From: Octopus sinensis
Lineage: Eukaryota
DNA: 64,000 nucleotides
Reading direction: 5' to 3'
Assembly (NCBI RefSeq): GCF_006345805.1
Contig: NC_042998.1
Location: forward strand, 69,192,001-69,256,000
Shown here: in pieces, positions 1 to 12,544 of the stretch
How the letters are laid out: each line of letters opens with the position of its first letter
Position numbering within the stretch: the first letter of the stretch is position 1
Program-made: the position numbers and the translations under genes
The notes under the pieces: generated by a model
Database searches by the model: none
What the model was told of the DNA's origin: nothing
The model's input: the letters and a program-made list of their open reading frames with translations, nothing else

Positions 1-37
1 TCATTTGTGACAAGTTTCTTGTTTTCTATAATGGAAA

Positions 38-1470
38 TTGGACTTAAATTCAAAAAAAGATTTTTCCGAGATGGGAGAAGGCACAACCGTTAATAAACAA
101 AAGGTTACACAGGCAAAACCAAGTTTCTCTGACGCCGTAGGCGGCAACGTGGTAGAACTGGAAGTGGCAATGGAAAAGCTCTTCCAGTTCAGAAAGTTAA
201 TTAAAAAACCGGTGAAGAAACGCGATTAATACCGCCCCCTGAAACTATGCAGGCAATACGAGAAAAGACGGTTACGTGCAAGGTCTATAATATAAAAGAA
301 AAAAGAATAACCGACGTGAAAAATGATATAGTCGAAAAGTGTATGGCGCCAATATGGAGTAAGGTTCGCTATGTCAACCGAGGAGTGAGAAGCGCTACAG
401 CAGAAGCTCATTTCGAGTCGGCTGACATAGCGAAGGAAATTTCAACACAAACGTTGAAAAGCGAACATATCCTCTCACTCCCCTTGTATTTGGGGCGTAG
501 GACGGCGAAAGTCACAATTGAGGACATACCAAGGGGCTATGAAGTGATTGGGCGGCAACGGCGGTCATATTTGATGTAGAGGAAAAATTAACAATATTGA
601 GCATGAGGAAGAAAGAGGCAACACACTGGAAAGACCAACAGCTTGAGATGATTATTCAAGCAGAAAATTCTATGCTGGAAAGCTTGCCAGATAGGGTCTT
701 CGTGGGGGAGGTGCATACTATACGTGTATCGGTAGAGGGACGCAGGCCAAGATGTTTCAAGTGCGGACAAAAGGGTCATGTTCGCTCCGAGTGCACACGA
801 AAAATAAAAAAACGGTTAACGCTCCTCCTCAAAACGCTGTGAAAAACACAGAGAACAACAAAGCAGACAACACAGCAACAACAAAAGAAAACACAGAAAA
901 GAAAAAACAAACTGAAATTCAAAAAGAGGAGAAGAAAAAGAATGAAAAACAAAACGAAAAAGAAAAGGAGGAGGAGGAAAATAATCTAACAAAAGAAAAA
1001 GAGCAGGAAGAAATGGAATACACGACTGTGACAGACAAAGGAAAAAAATCAAACACCCCTGACTCCCCACCCCAAACAAAAAAGAAAATGAATAATGCAG
1101 ACGAACAACATAAAAAAATTTTCCAATCCCATCCCGCTGGTACTACACTTGTAGGACAGCAATTCAATAAACCCCACCCCCAACTTTAAAAGGGTTTAAA
1201 TCAAATGATAAGTGTATAGCTTATAATACGAGAAATGAGAGAGTTGTGAGGTTCGTGAAGGCAAGAACTCAAATCAAATGCTTTAAAACTACAGAGAAGG
1301 ACCCGGAATGGAGATACGCAAGGGTCGGCGAGGAGGAATGGAAGGAGAGACTCTTCCAACAACACGTAAAGGACGGTTTCATTAAGGATGTCACCCAGGA
1401 GGTGATAGCTGGGAGAGTGCACATCAGCCCGGCAGCCACACCAACCCAGAGCCGGTGGCAACGCCGGTGA
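38..1470 (+). pseudogene. Tx1-like ORF1 (gag-like), frameshifted
   Basis: Zinc knuckle CFKCGQKGHVRSEC at 753-794 and a Lys/Glu-rich segment; split over ORFs 38-229, 247-579, 597-842, 752-1189 and 1246-1470. Confidence 0.75.
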
Positions 1471-1566
1471 AATGCCCAGAAACAACGGAGAGTGTGGAGG
1501 AGGCAGGCAGACATAATCTGTCATGCTCCCTCTCGCAACCGTAAGTAAATTATTTTTCTTTCTTCG

Positions 1567-4500
1567 ATGATTAAGTTAGGCTATATAAATGTGCGTGGAA
1601 TGAGGTCGAAATGGAAACAGGCTTGTTTGCTGGACGACCTCATTTCACATAGAATCGATGTTGCTATTGTTACCGAGTCCAAGATGAAAGGACCCCAAGC
1701 GTTCTCGCCACTTCTCAATGGTTACGAGAAATTTATTTCTCCTAGCCGAGTGGGGAGTGCAGGCGTGGCAGTCCTTATCAGGAAGAACTTGGACTTACAG
1801 ATAAGTACTGTCTTTCTGGACCCAGAAGATAGGCTGGTTGTCCTAGATGTGACTCACGTGAGTAAGCAGTCCTTCAGGTTGGTAGCTGTCTATGCTCCTA
1901 ATGGGTGTGGGCAGACCGGTTTTCATCGGAACCTGGAGCACTTTCTAGTGACGTCTAAAACGGTAGTCTTGGTAGGGGACTTCAACACTATTCTCGATGC
2001 GCGGGTTGATAGTGTCGGCTCGAACGATAGAAAAGGGAATCCTTGCCTCAAGGCTCTACTAGCGAGCTTTAATCTAGCAGACCGTTTTCGACTGGATGAG
2101 CCGAACGTTCCACAGTGGACGTGGAGTAACAACGACGGCTCACGAAGATCGTATATAGATAGGGTATTTGTTAAGGAACGAGATAGGAATAGCGTTAGCT
2201 GTCCACAATTTTCTGTTGTGCCTTACACGGATCACAAACTTGTGACGTGTGAGGTACAGGTAGATAAATGCCATAGACAGGGCCCCGGGTACTGGAAAAT
2301 GAACAAGTCTATTTTGACTTGTGAAGCTTCCGTACTCGGATTAAGGAATTAGTCCAGAGGGCATTATGTGACACCATCATTAATAATAGATGGTGGCTCG
2401 CCCTCAAAAGAGCCATCCGTTTGAGTCCATTAGATTTAGCAAGCAGCTAAGTTTAGATAGGACTAGAATAGAGGGCGAATTAGTTAAGAACTTAGACGAG
2501 GCAATGGAATCTGGCTGTACCTCTGGAGTGTTGGCAGCGAGAACGGTCTTGTACCGTCACCTCATGAGGGGTGTAGAGTCAGAGCTAAGTTACGTGCAGG
2601 GAAACGAGAAGGTATTAACGTTGCCGGATGGGCCCGTCGTGAGGAGAGTCAGAAGGGCAAAATGTCCTGTATTAAGTCTTTAACTGACGAGCAGGGTCGC
2701 ATGATCTATGGACGGGAGAAGATGCAGAAGGTCCTTCACCAGCATTTCGCCCGGTTGTTTGGGTATGGCGGTCCGCTCGAGCGAGGGGAGGCCTTAAAGG
2801 ACTTCCTAGCCGGTGGACCTCGGCTCTCGACACGTGAGGCGGAATGCTGAGAAGGATCGAACTCTCCCACGGAGCTAAGAGAGGTTATGGCCAGTTGCGC
2901 CGGGGAAAAGTCGCCGGGGTTAGATGGTCTGCCCTATGAGTTCTATTGTTGTATGCCGGACTTGTTCGGGGATATACTGGCAGGAGTCTATGCGAACTGG
3001 CAACAGAATGGGAGGATTCCCAGTTCTGTGAGCCGGGGAATTGTGACGCTGGTCCAGAAAGACCCGAGCAAGGGGGATAGTATTAGTAATTATAGACCCA
3101 TAACTCTACTTAATGTAGAGTTTAAGATTTTGGCCAAGGTGTTAGCAAAAAGGTTGACGGCTGTCGTGGAGAAACTTGTCGGGAAGGCACAGACATGTGC
3201 AATCCCAGGCAGGTCGATCCAGGATAATCTTCACCTTCTCCGCTACACTATAGACAGGGTCGGGAAATTAGCCGGCAAAGGTGGGGCATTGGTCCATTTA
3301 GACCAAAGTAAAGCGTTCGATAGGGTAGACCATCGGTACTTGGCGGCGGTCTCGGGCCGGCTGGGCTGGGCCCTGGCTTTTGCGGGTGGATCTCAGCTAT
3401 GTACAGCGGCATCAAGTCCACAGTCCAGATAAACGGTTACCTAACGGAGCCGTTTTCGATCAAGCGTTCAGTTCGTCACGGTTGTCCCCTGTCCCCGCTC
3501 CTGTTGTTTTGGCTCTTGAGCCATTGTTGCGGAAGTTGGAGAAGTTGGGAGGCAACCCTAATGAAATCGCATGCGGTAAGTCTGTTTCTGCCTATGCGGA
3601 TGACGTCACCCTCATCGTGTCCAACGAAGCACAGCTACCTCATGTAGAAGGTGCTCTCCGAAGATACGAAGCGGTGGCAGGGGCAAAAGTTAATAAGGAC
3701 AAGTCCATCGGTTTGCGCCTCGGCACCTGGAGGAACAAGCCGATATCGTCCAGTGTTGTTGGACACTGGACAGATGGTCCTGTTAAATTGCTCGGAGTAT
3801 GGTTTGGTCCAGACTCCCAGACGGAGAAGAATTGGAGCGAGGTAGCGAACAAAGTAGAAGCTATTGTACGGAAGTGGTCCAGAAGACATCTTTCCTTGAA
3901 AGGGAGGGCGGAGGTGGTACAGATGTTTATAGCCTACCGCTCGACCGTCGTGCCTTGCCCCGATTCGTGGTTAAGCAAGTTGGAACGACTCCTTTTCCGC
4001 TTTTTGTGGAGGGGAGGAAAGCCACTTGTGAGACGCTCCGTGTGTTGCCAGGAACCGCTAAAGGGTGGGCTGGGGATGCCTTGGCTAATGATGCGCAGGC
4101 ATGCGTTGAGGCTGAGACATCTCTGGTGTCACCTGGAGGGTGATAAGGTGTGGAGTCCGCTGGCAGAGGAATTCTTCCCGCGACCGGCCTCTATGGAGAG
4201 ATTTAAACCCGGTTTCATCAAAAGACGTAACCTGACTTTATGGCAGGAGTGCCGATAGGCACTCTGGCTGATCCACAAGGTGGGCAAGGCCGGCAGCGGG
4301 AATACCACCTCGGTGTTCTATAGAGGGCTGGTAGAGGCAAAAAATGACGACGTCCTAGGAGAGGCTCTGGGGTTTGATGAGAATCAACTCTCCAACCTGT
4401 TTAAGAAGACTTTCAGGCCGGGGTATTTGGACAATTACCAAAAATCCCTGACCTGGCAGTGCTATAGGAATGCGTTACCTGTTCGCGATAAGTTATCCAG

Positions 4501-4927
4501 GCACGGAATGTCAGTGCCACCGACGTGTCCAAGATGTGGGTTGGACGACGAAACCGTTCAACATGCTTTTGTACAATGTCGGGAGCTGTCAAGCTTGATA
4601 AGTTACGTTGAACACGTGTTGTCGCATCTGGGACGAGTACAGCTGTCGGCTGGATCTATGATAAAGATGATACCGCCAACTGGACTCTCAAAGGAAGGTA
4701 AGGCTTGTTTTTACTGTACGGTGGCAGTACTGAAAGAGTGTGTGTGGAGAACCAGAATGGAAGGTTTAGTGACAGGGTCCTTTGTCTCTGGCCCCGGTTT
4801 GTTAAAATACTTCAGATATCATCTGAAGAGCAAGATGGGGTTGGAGAAGAGGAGCCTGCCACAGAAAGAGTATATGAAACGTTGGAAGGATGTGATGAGA
4901 AAGGTGGGTGTTAGTAACCCAGCTTAA
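1567..4927 (+). pseudogene. Tx1-like ORF2 (APE + reverse transcriptase + C-terminal zinc motif), frameshifted
   Basis: APE motifs YINVRG, GDFN and TDH; RT motifs KSPGLDGLP, NYRPITLLN, LDQSKAFDRV and YADD (3593); C-terminal CPRCGLDDETVQHAFVQC. Confidence 0.92.
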
Positions 4928-5240
4928 TCATCGAAGAAAGGAAAAATTAGTTGCTGGGCCGTATAGGCTGCCGGGTTCAAAATTCGAAACCGGTACTTCC
5001 CATTCCTTTTCATTTTACATATATTATAATTTCTAATGTTTTTTTAAAAAATAAAAAAAACGCACTAAAGTTCTCGTTATAAAGGCAAAAGTAAGCCAAG
5101 TTTTCGTTCATGTTACATTATAATTAAATTTTTATATATTTTTAAGTATCATTCGAACTCTCATAACATTCTTTGTAATTGTTTGTCTTGTGATGTCCAA
5201 TTCTATGTAAAATCGTATGATTTTAATAAAGATTTCATCT

Positions 5241-5520
5241 TCAGCTAGCAGGCTTCTGCTACTCTAGACCGATGATGAGCAAAGACCCTGAAACATGCGT
5301 GTCTCTAGATGCAGGCCTAGCTGTTGGGGGTATTTGTCTCCCCTTCGTAAATATATAAGGACACAGGAAATGTGTCGAAGCCGACAGGAAGCGTCGATGC
5401 TTCCTAGGGCTAAACAGCGGTGGTGTAATCCCCTACTGTCACGTTAAGTTGGCAGTATACAACCACTCTATCGCCCCACCACCGTACATATCTCTATGAG
5501 ATATTTAGAAATTTAATATT
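5241..5520 (+). mobile_element. Hammerhead-bearing non-coding repeat, family D
   Basis: Homologous by eye to 61645-61912 (minus), 56195-56365 and 60409-60560. Shared blocks: cagctagca, the hammerhead, ATAAG(G/A)ACACAG..TGTGTC, CCTAGGGCTAAA and CTGTC(A/G)C(A/G)TTAAGTTG. Confidence 0.65.
5264..5308 (+). ncRNA. Degenerate minimal type-I hammerhead ribozyme
   Basis: CTAGA-CCGATGA-T-GAGcaaagaCCCT-GAAAC-ATGCGT-GTC-TCTAG. Helix I is CTAGA/TCTAG; the core has U4>C. Confidence 0.55.
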
Positions 5521-5606
<86 letters not shown>

Positions 5607-5624
5607 ATACACACACATATATAT

Positions 5625-6095
5625 ATATAGATGAAATTTACAAAAAAACAAGCGAAACAAAAGAGGAAGACTGGTGTGTAAACAACAAATAGGTGTATTA
5701 GTTTATTAGTTTAATACTCAGGAAGCGAGAAAGTCTTTTACGTTTCGAGCCAACGCTCTTCGACAGAAAGGAACACAGAAATAAACAGGGAGAGAAAATA
5801 GAAAAGGTTTAGTGGCTAGCGATCTATTATGGCGAATGCCGGACAGAGGTGGTATTGAGAGCTACAGAGTAAGAAAAAACAGAGTATGAAGAAACGACTA
5901 TAGGAAAAAGTAGAAAGTACAAAAAAGTTCAAAAAAGTTCAAAAGGTTAAAAAGGTGCAAACGTCGAGGTGTATTGGAGGTGTATCAACGGAAGAGTCCA
6001 GTGTAATCCATGTGTATGTAGGAGAGGTGCAGAAAGACCAGGTGGAAGTCCGAAGGGTAGAAAGTGTAGAAAATCTAGGAAGAGGTTCGAAGTGT
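5625..6095 (-). mobile_element. Hammerhead-bearing (Penelope pseudo-LTR-like) repeat between (TA)n tracts
   Basis: Contains the hammerhead at 5735-5770 and a ~110-nt 3' tail ending at (TA)n; a related tail is at 45534-45612 (+). Confidence 0.55.
5735..5770 (-). ncRNA. Minimal hammerhead ribozyme with one core substitution
   Basis: Reverse complement CTTT-CTGTCGA-A-GAGCgttgGCTC-GAAACGTA-AAAG; A6>T. Confidence 0.65.
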
Positions 6096-6119
6096 ATGTG
6101 ATATGCCTGTCTGTCTGTC

Positions 6120-6211
<92 letters not shown>

Positions 6212-6239
6212 TGTATGTATGTATATGTGTATGTATGTA

Positions 6240-6400
6240 TCTTTGTCTGTGTGGTTCGACAAAAGAGACCGATGGAATAAATACCAGGCTTAAAAAAAAT
6301 AATAGCCATTGGAGTCGATTTATTCGACTCAAAGTTCCCGAAGGCGGTGCCCCAGCATGGCCACAGTCCGATGAAAGAAACCATTATAAAAGATAAAAGA
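6240..6400 (+). mobile_element. SINE family A, 3' half
   Basis: Conserved block ggttcgac/gcaaaagagaccgat..gtcgatttattcgact..aaggcggtgccccagcatggcc, with an (AAAGAT)n tail. Confidence 0.8.
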
Positions 6401-6799
6401 TAAAGGAAACCACTACGTGATAGCGTGGCCAGCTATAAATAGCAGCCTAATCCCCTCAATTCATACCAGGTAGGACACAATAGATAATGCACTCCAAAAA
6501 TGCACGGAGCGGTTTTGGCTGGAATTAAGACTAAATAACAACAACAATAACAATCAACATCTTTGTTTCGAGTATTTGTCTCTTTTCAGGCGCCATTTTG
6601 AACGACAACCATATAAACACTTGTATGTATGTATGTATGTATGTATGTATGTATGTATGTATGTATGTATGTATGTATGTATGTATGCGTGTGTATATAT
6701 GTATGTACGCATGTATGCATGTATTCATGTATTCATGTATGTATGTATGTGTGTATGTGTATGTATGTATGTATGTATGTATGTATGTATGTATGGATG

Positions 6800-7210
6800 G
6801 ATGGATGGAAGGAAGTATATCATTATTCAGTTTTATTTCATGATTTCTTGCCAATAGAGAAAGAACCGGTTGCTACCCTAGATCCAAGGCTCTTTCATTG
6901 GAATTTCAACATCAACAACAAGGTATTTTTATTTGTATGTATATGTACGGATTTGTATGTTTTGTTATATGTATGTATTCCCATGCACTTAGTAGTTACA
7001 TATATAGCCATGCACACATATATATTTAAATGAGAAACTATGGAAAGTTTTTAAGATTTTTACAGTTCCGATGATGGATTGGATCTGTAGTTTTCAAATT
7101 AGTTTTCTCCTTTCTGGTTTCGAAAAGCCTAATTTCTCAAGATTGATATTTAGGCAGTGTCTTACATATCCCAGTATCCCAATAATTACATGTATAAGCC
7201 TGAACTTGTA
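6800..7210 (-). mobile_element. 5'-truncated R4/Dong-like LINE 3' fragment within (ACAT)n
   Basis: Highly similar to 52926-53110 and 54893-55110, which encode IPVIIGILG..LQIQSITGT; flanked on both sides by (ATGT)n. Confidence 0.75.
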
Positions 7211-8160
7211 ATGTATGCATATACGTATGCTTGAGTATGCGTGTGTGTATGTATGTATGTATGTATGTATGTATGTATGTATGTATGTATGTATGTATGT
7301 ATGTATGTATGTATGTATGTATGTATGTGTATGTTTGTATGTACGTGTATGTGTGTATGTATGTATTTATGTGTGTGTATGTGTATGTATGTGTATATAT
7401 GTATGTATGTATGTGTAGGTATGTCTGTATGTATGTATTTATGTGCGTATGTATGTGTGTGTGTATGTATGTATGTATGTATGTATCTGCGTATGTATGG
7501 AACCGCATACTTGTGTCCAATCGTACATACATCCACGTACATGCGCATATACACACGCGTGTATATCGTTGTTTATCAATATAACTTTCTCCATGCCATG
7601 CTTAATGTTATGATAGCACAAACGCAAAATCTTGTGGCATTTTGTAACATAATCTTCAAGTCTGACCCTGTTATTTTAAACAATTTCTTTTCATCCCACC
7701 CCGCTCTCATTTACAAACGCTGGGCAATTCTTTCCAGTTATTAACCAATCAACGTCGGTTTATATAATTATTATTTTGACTAACGTACTTTCCGTTTTAA
7801 TAAAATCGTTGGGCAACATTGATATTCGATACTTCGTAAACTGGACATAACAGCTTTAGGGCAGATTGTATAATGGTTTCTAATGGAATCATTTACACAA
7901 GAGAAGCGTTATCGGGATAACTGCATCCTGTCTGAGAAATAATTCCCTCGAGATGGGGTGGCCGTTGCAGCGAGTGTTGCTGGCCATTCTCCACGGCAAT
8001 AGCTTTGCAATCATGCCTGCAAGGCGCCGCTAAACACGCCATTTGTTCTGGGATGTACAACCAGTCGCTCCCTCCGCCTACCCCGCCATCTTCTGTTGCT
8101 TAATCCTCTCGCCTTTTCCATTTCTGTGTTTCTTTTGTGAGGTAGTTATGGTTTGTTTAG

Positions 8161-8545
8161 TGGAGGCGCAATGGCCCAGTGGTTAGGGCAGCGGACTCGC
8201 GGTCATAGGATCGCGGTTTCGATTCCCAGAACGGGCGTTGTGAGTGTTTATTGAGCGAAAACACCTAAAGCTCCACGAGGCTCCGGCAGGGGATGGTGGT
8301 GATCCCTGCTGTACTCTTTCACCACAACTTTCTCTCACTCTTACTTCCTGTTTCTGTTGTACCTGTATTTCAAGGGACCGGCCTTGTCACTCTCTGTGTC
8401 ACGCTGAATATCCCCGAGAACTACGTTAAGGGTGCACGTGTCTGTGGAGTGCTCAGCCACCTACACGTTAATTTCACGAGCAGGCTGTTCCGTTGATTCG
8501 GATCAACCGGAACCCTCATCGTCGTAACCGACGGAGTGCTTCCAT
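8161..8545 (+). mobile_element. tRNA-derived SINE (family C)
   Basis: A box TGGCCCAGTGG and B box GGTTTCGATTCC in a tRNA-like head, followed by ~310 bp of body. Confidence 0.8.
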
Positions 8546-9157
8546 TCCATGGTTTGTTTGCTTTTTTCCGATAATTTGATTTTTTTTAATACTTATAAGG
8601 ATTCTTTCTTTCTTTTCTTCCTGTAAAAATATGTTACACTGATAATAAAGCACCTTCCATTTAAAAAAAAAAAAAAAAGAAGTAGAGCATTTGTAAACAA
8701 GTTCTCTGAGACCCAGATTACATTTGTTTACCTTGCGATTCCGGGTCTCGTCAACTGATAAAAGCTTCCATGAAGAAACACTTTGCATTCAAACTAAGGA
8801 AGATACTCTTATAGGAAACGATAAGAAATCAATCATTTGATTCAATGTTCAACTGAAAGGCCCCTGAGCATATCTATGATATCTATGGGCATATCTATCT
8901 ATTTTAGACTCAGCACTGCAATGGCTGAGTCTAAAATAGGCCAAGTCTTAGAGTAATCACGGGCAACCTATTTCGAGAAGCAGGCAGTATAAGACAAAGC
9001 TCATCATCAGGCAAACCTCCCTATTAGAAAAAAACAAAACAAAACCTGAAGGGTATTTTTCATTTAGCCGTGCTGTTCAGAAAGCCTTGCGGACCGCAGT
9101 TTGCCAATGATTGTATTAGAAGCTCTCTTATCAGTTACACACACACACACACACACG

Positions 9158-9236
<79 letters not shown>

Positions 9237-9554
9237 AAGTCAATGTTAACACTATTTAAATCCATTTCAATAAAATTAGATATATGAGACAAAACGTTCG
9301 CAAGTCTGGGTTTACTACTTGGTTATTTATACTTTTCTGTTGTTTCCTCAATGATTTATTATCATTTTATATTCAAACCAGAGAATACTGTGGCATGTTT
9401 TTTCTTGTTTGAAATCCCTAATGTTTATATTCTTCCATTTTGTCTGTTAGAGTTCGTGTCGTTCTTAGGTAATGACGGTTACTAAATCAATATTTACAAC
9501 CCCTCCATCCTTTTAGATTTTTTCTATTTAACTAATCTTCTGAGTTTGAGCATC

Positions 9555-9866
9555 GTGAAAAATGCTCTGAGGATAAAAGGTAAAGTTGACCTCGGTGGAA
9601 TTTGAACTCAGAACGTAAAGACAAACGGAATACCTATTTCTTTACTACCCACAAGGGGATAAACACAGAGGCAACAAACAAGGACAGACAAAGGGATTAA
9701 GTCGATTACATCGACCCCAGGGCGTAACTGGTACTTATTTAATCGACCCCGAAAGGATGAGAGGCAAAGTCGACTTCGGCTGAATTTGAACTCAAAACGT
9801 AGCGGCAGACGAAATACCGGTAAGCGTTTCACCCGGTGTGCTAACGTTTCTGCCAGCTCGCCGCCT
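9555..9866 (-). mobile_element. SINE family B (tRNA head plus Nin/Deu-like core), nested copies
   Basis: Reverse complement starts ggcggcgagctggcagaaacgttagc and carries gtcgactttgcc..tcatcctttcggggtcgat..aagtaccag. Further copies at ~11150-11430, 12240-12445, 13400-13600, 15360-15700, 18845-18970 (-) and 25065-25260, 26640-26850, 62703-62905 (+). Confidence 0.8.
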
Positions 9867-9880
9867 TAATTCTGATTCTA

Positions 9881-11141
9881 TTGGGTTGGCAACTAAGTTC
9901 CTGCCTTTTTTTTTTTAAATTTTGGAATTTATTGCGTTTTTAAATTTTAGAATCTATTTTTTTCGAGAATTCTATTTTTGAATCATTTTGGAATCTTTTT
10001 TTTTTCTAGTTAATTCTAGTTAATTTTTTTAAATTTTCAGATCATTAAAATGGAATGTCAAGTTAAGAAAAACGCGCATTTTCGACACCTCCTTCTTTTT
10101 GCCTCTAATAAGGTTCTAAGGCCGCAACAGCTGCTCGCGACATTTGTGCTGTGTATGGAGAGGTTGCCATAACTGAAAGAATCGCTCGTGATTGGTATGC
10201 CAAGTTCAAAAATAGAAATTTTGACCTCAAAGACGCACCTCGTTCTGGCCGTCTAGAGTTCGATGAAGAGCGATTAAACTAACTTTTGCACGAAAATTCT
10301 CGTCAAACAACAAGGGAACTGGCAAAGAAAATGGAATGCTCCCACACTACTATAGAGAAGCATCTTCACTCATTGGGAAATGTCCAGAAGTATGGAGCAT
10401 GGGTTCCACATGCTTTAAGTGACAACAACAAAAATAAACGAGCTACGATCTCCGCTAGTTTGCTTGCTCGTCACCGCTCAACTCACGGACACAAGCAACG
10501 ATTTCTTTACCGAATCGTTACTGGCGACGAAAAATGGTGCCTGTACATCAATATGAAGCAGTGTAAGGAATGGCTTAGCCACGGTAAACAAGCGACACCG
10601 CGTGTGAAACAAGATCTTCATCCGCGTAAAACGATGTTGTGCACATGGTGGGACTGGGAAGGGAGTATTCATTACGAATTGCTTGAGCAGAACCAAACGG
10701 TCAACGCGGAACTCTATGTCCAACAGATGGAGCGACTCAACACGGCTATTCAAGAGAAAAGACCTAATCAGCAGCATGGAGTTCTTCTGCTGCATGTCAA
10801 TGCCCACCCATATATCGCCAATATGACCAAGGAAGCCATTCAAACACATGGCTTGAAAGTGCTGCCACACCCGCCGTACTCTCCTCATTTGGCACCAATG
10901 GATGTTCACCTCTTTCGATCTCTTTCAAATGCTATGCGTTTCGTTCGCTACTGATGCAGAATTGAGGGCTTGATTGGATCAATTTTTCTAGTCGAAATCA
11001 GGTGCTTTCTACCAACGAGGTATTGAAAATCTTGTTGAACGTTGGGAAGAAGTTGTAAACAACAAGGGTGAATACATTATTGATTAATTAGTTGTTATTT
11101 TTTTCAATTAAAAAATGGCGGGAACATAGTTGCTAATCCAA
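9881..11141 (+). mobile_element. Mariner (DD34D) DNA transposon, full length but decayed
   Basis: TIRs TTGGGTTGGCAACTAAGTTCCTGCC / GGCGGGAACATAGTTGCTAATCCAA with TA on both sides; length 1261 bp. Confidence 0.92.
10050..11085 (+). pseudogene. Mariner transposase pseudogene
   Basis: WVPHAL, IVTGDEKW and YSPHLAP motifs; stops and frameshifts. Confidence 0.92.
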
Positions 11142-11739
11142 TATGATATTTATTTCTTTATTGCTCACAGAGGGCTAAACATAGAGGGGACAAACAAGAA
11201 CAGACAAAGGGATTAAGTCGATTACATCGACCCCAGTGCGTAACTGGTACTTATTTAATCGACCCCGAAAGGATGAAAGGCAAATTCGACCTCGGCGGAA
11301 TTTGAACTGAGAACGTAACGACAGACAAAATACCTATTTCTTTACTAACTTGTGGGTAGTAAAGAAATAGCAGCAGACGAAATACCGCTAAGCATTTCAC
11401 CCGGCGTGCTAACGATTCTGCCAGCTCGCTAATTCTATAATATTATCGACGAAAAGTACTTTCTAAGTCTGACATTTACATTAAAACAGCGACTTAGAAT
11501 GGATTTAAGCTTTTATCTCTTGCTGTCGTTGGTAGAAGATTCAACTGCCATGTAATAAATCTGATGATTTTTGTCTTGCTCAAGAATGTCTTCGTTCGGT
11601 GGCAAATATTTGTTTTTAAGACGAAGACATTATTACTGAGGAATTTTGTCTTTTGTAACGGATTTCATAATACCTTCCTCCGCAATACAGGGGTGGTGAT
11701 GCTTCAGTTAACAATCATAATAATCTTTTCATAGCGCCC

Positions 11740-12210
11740 TCTTCCCCTGGTTCGAAGGCTTGCACCACCAAACAGCTGGTCGGCTCTGGCTGCTGGAACT
11801 GAAAGTAACACGACACTGTTGGAAGCCAGGTTCAGAGAGAGCGCAGGCTAAGATTACGCGCCCTTCTCCTTCATTGGTCAGTTGAAGCTTAGACAGTGTC
11901 ACGTGACAACTAGCTGGTGCTGGCTGCTGGATCCTACCAGTGAGTATTTAAAGGGAAATTTGGCAGGATAGTCAGTTGCCCGCTGGCATTCGTTGACACC
12001 GCATCGAAGAGGCCAGGGAACAGGAGAAAAAAGAGAAAGAAGAAACGCACTCCACATCAGAGCTGAAGACACCACCGAAAGAGTGTGTGTGTGTGGGGGG
12101 GGGGGAACCACGTCGAAAACGGTAGAGGAGTGGGGGCCGAAATCGGGACGTGGTTCCTCCTGATGATGTCTTTAGCCACTGGATCCTATAAAGGAGCCGT
12201 TGAGGTAGCA
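11740..12210. promoter_or_regulatory. CpG-rich unique segment, candidate promoter or first exon
   Basis: Reverse CCAAT (11873-11877), palindromic GTCACGTGAC (11898-11907) and a GTGAGT donor-like site (11940-11945); locally GC/CpG-rich. Confidence 0.3.
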
Positions 12211-12544
12211 AACCACGAAACGTAGTTGGAATTCCTTCTACAGGTGGTACAACGCCTCAAATTTGGTGGAAGGGGACTGGTCGATTACATCGACCTCAGT
12301 GTCTCACTGGTACTTAATTTATCGACCCCGAAAGGATGAAAGGAAAAGTCAATCTCGGACGGAATTAGAACTCAGAACGTAAAGACGGACAAAACGCCTC
12401 TAAGCATTTTAACGCTAAGCATGCTAACGATTCTGCCACTTCGCCGTCTCAACAACAATAGAAGCGATGACGACAATGACGACGACGACGAAAACAACAA
12501 CAATAATAAAAGCAACAACAACAACAACAATAATAATAATAATT

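Larger units (their letters stand above)
1..5230 (+). mobile_element. Decayed L1-clade (Tx1-like) non-LTR retrotransposon
   Basis: Gag-like ORF1 fragments with a CCHC knuckle, then ORF2 with APE endonuclease, RT and a C-terminal cysteine motif, an AT-rich 3' UTR and AATAAA at 5225-5230. Multiple frameshifts and stops; the 5' end may lie outside the window. Confidence 0.9.

Noticed and set aside
8899-8939. 16-bp perfect hairpin
   Set aside because: Isolated, with no family or context evidence in a window full of inverted repeats.
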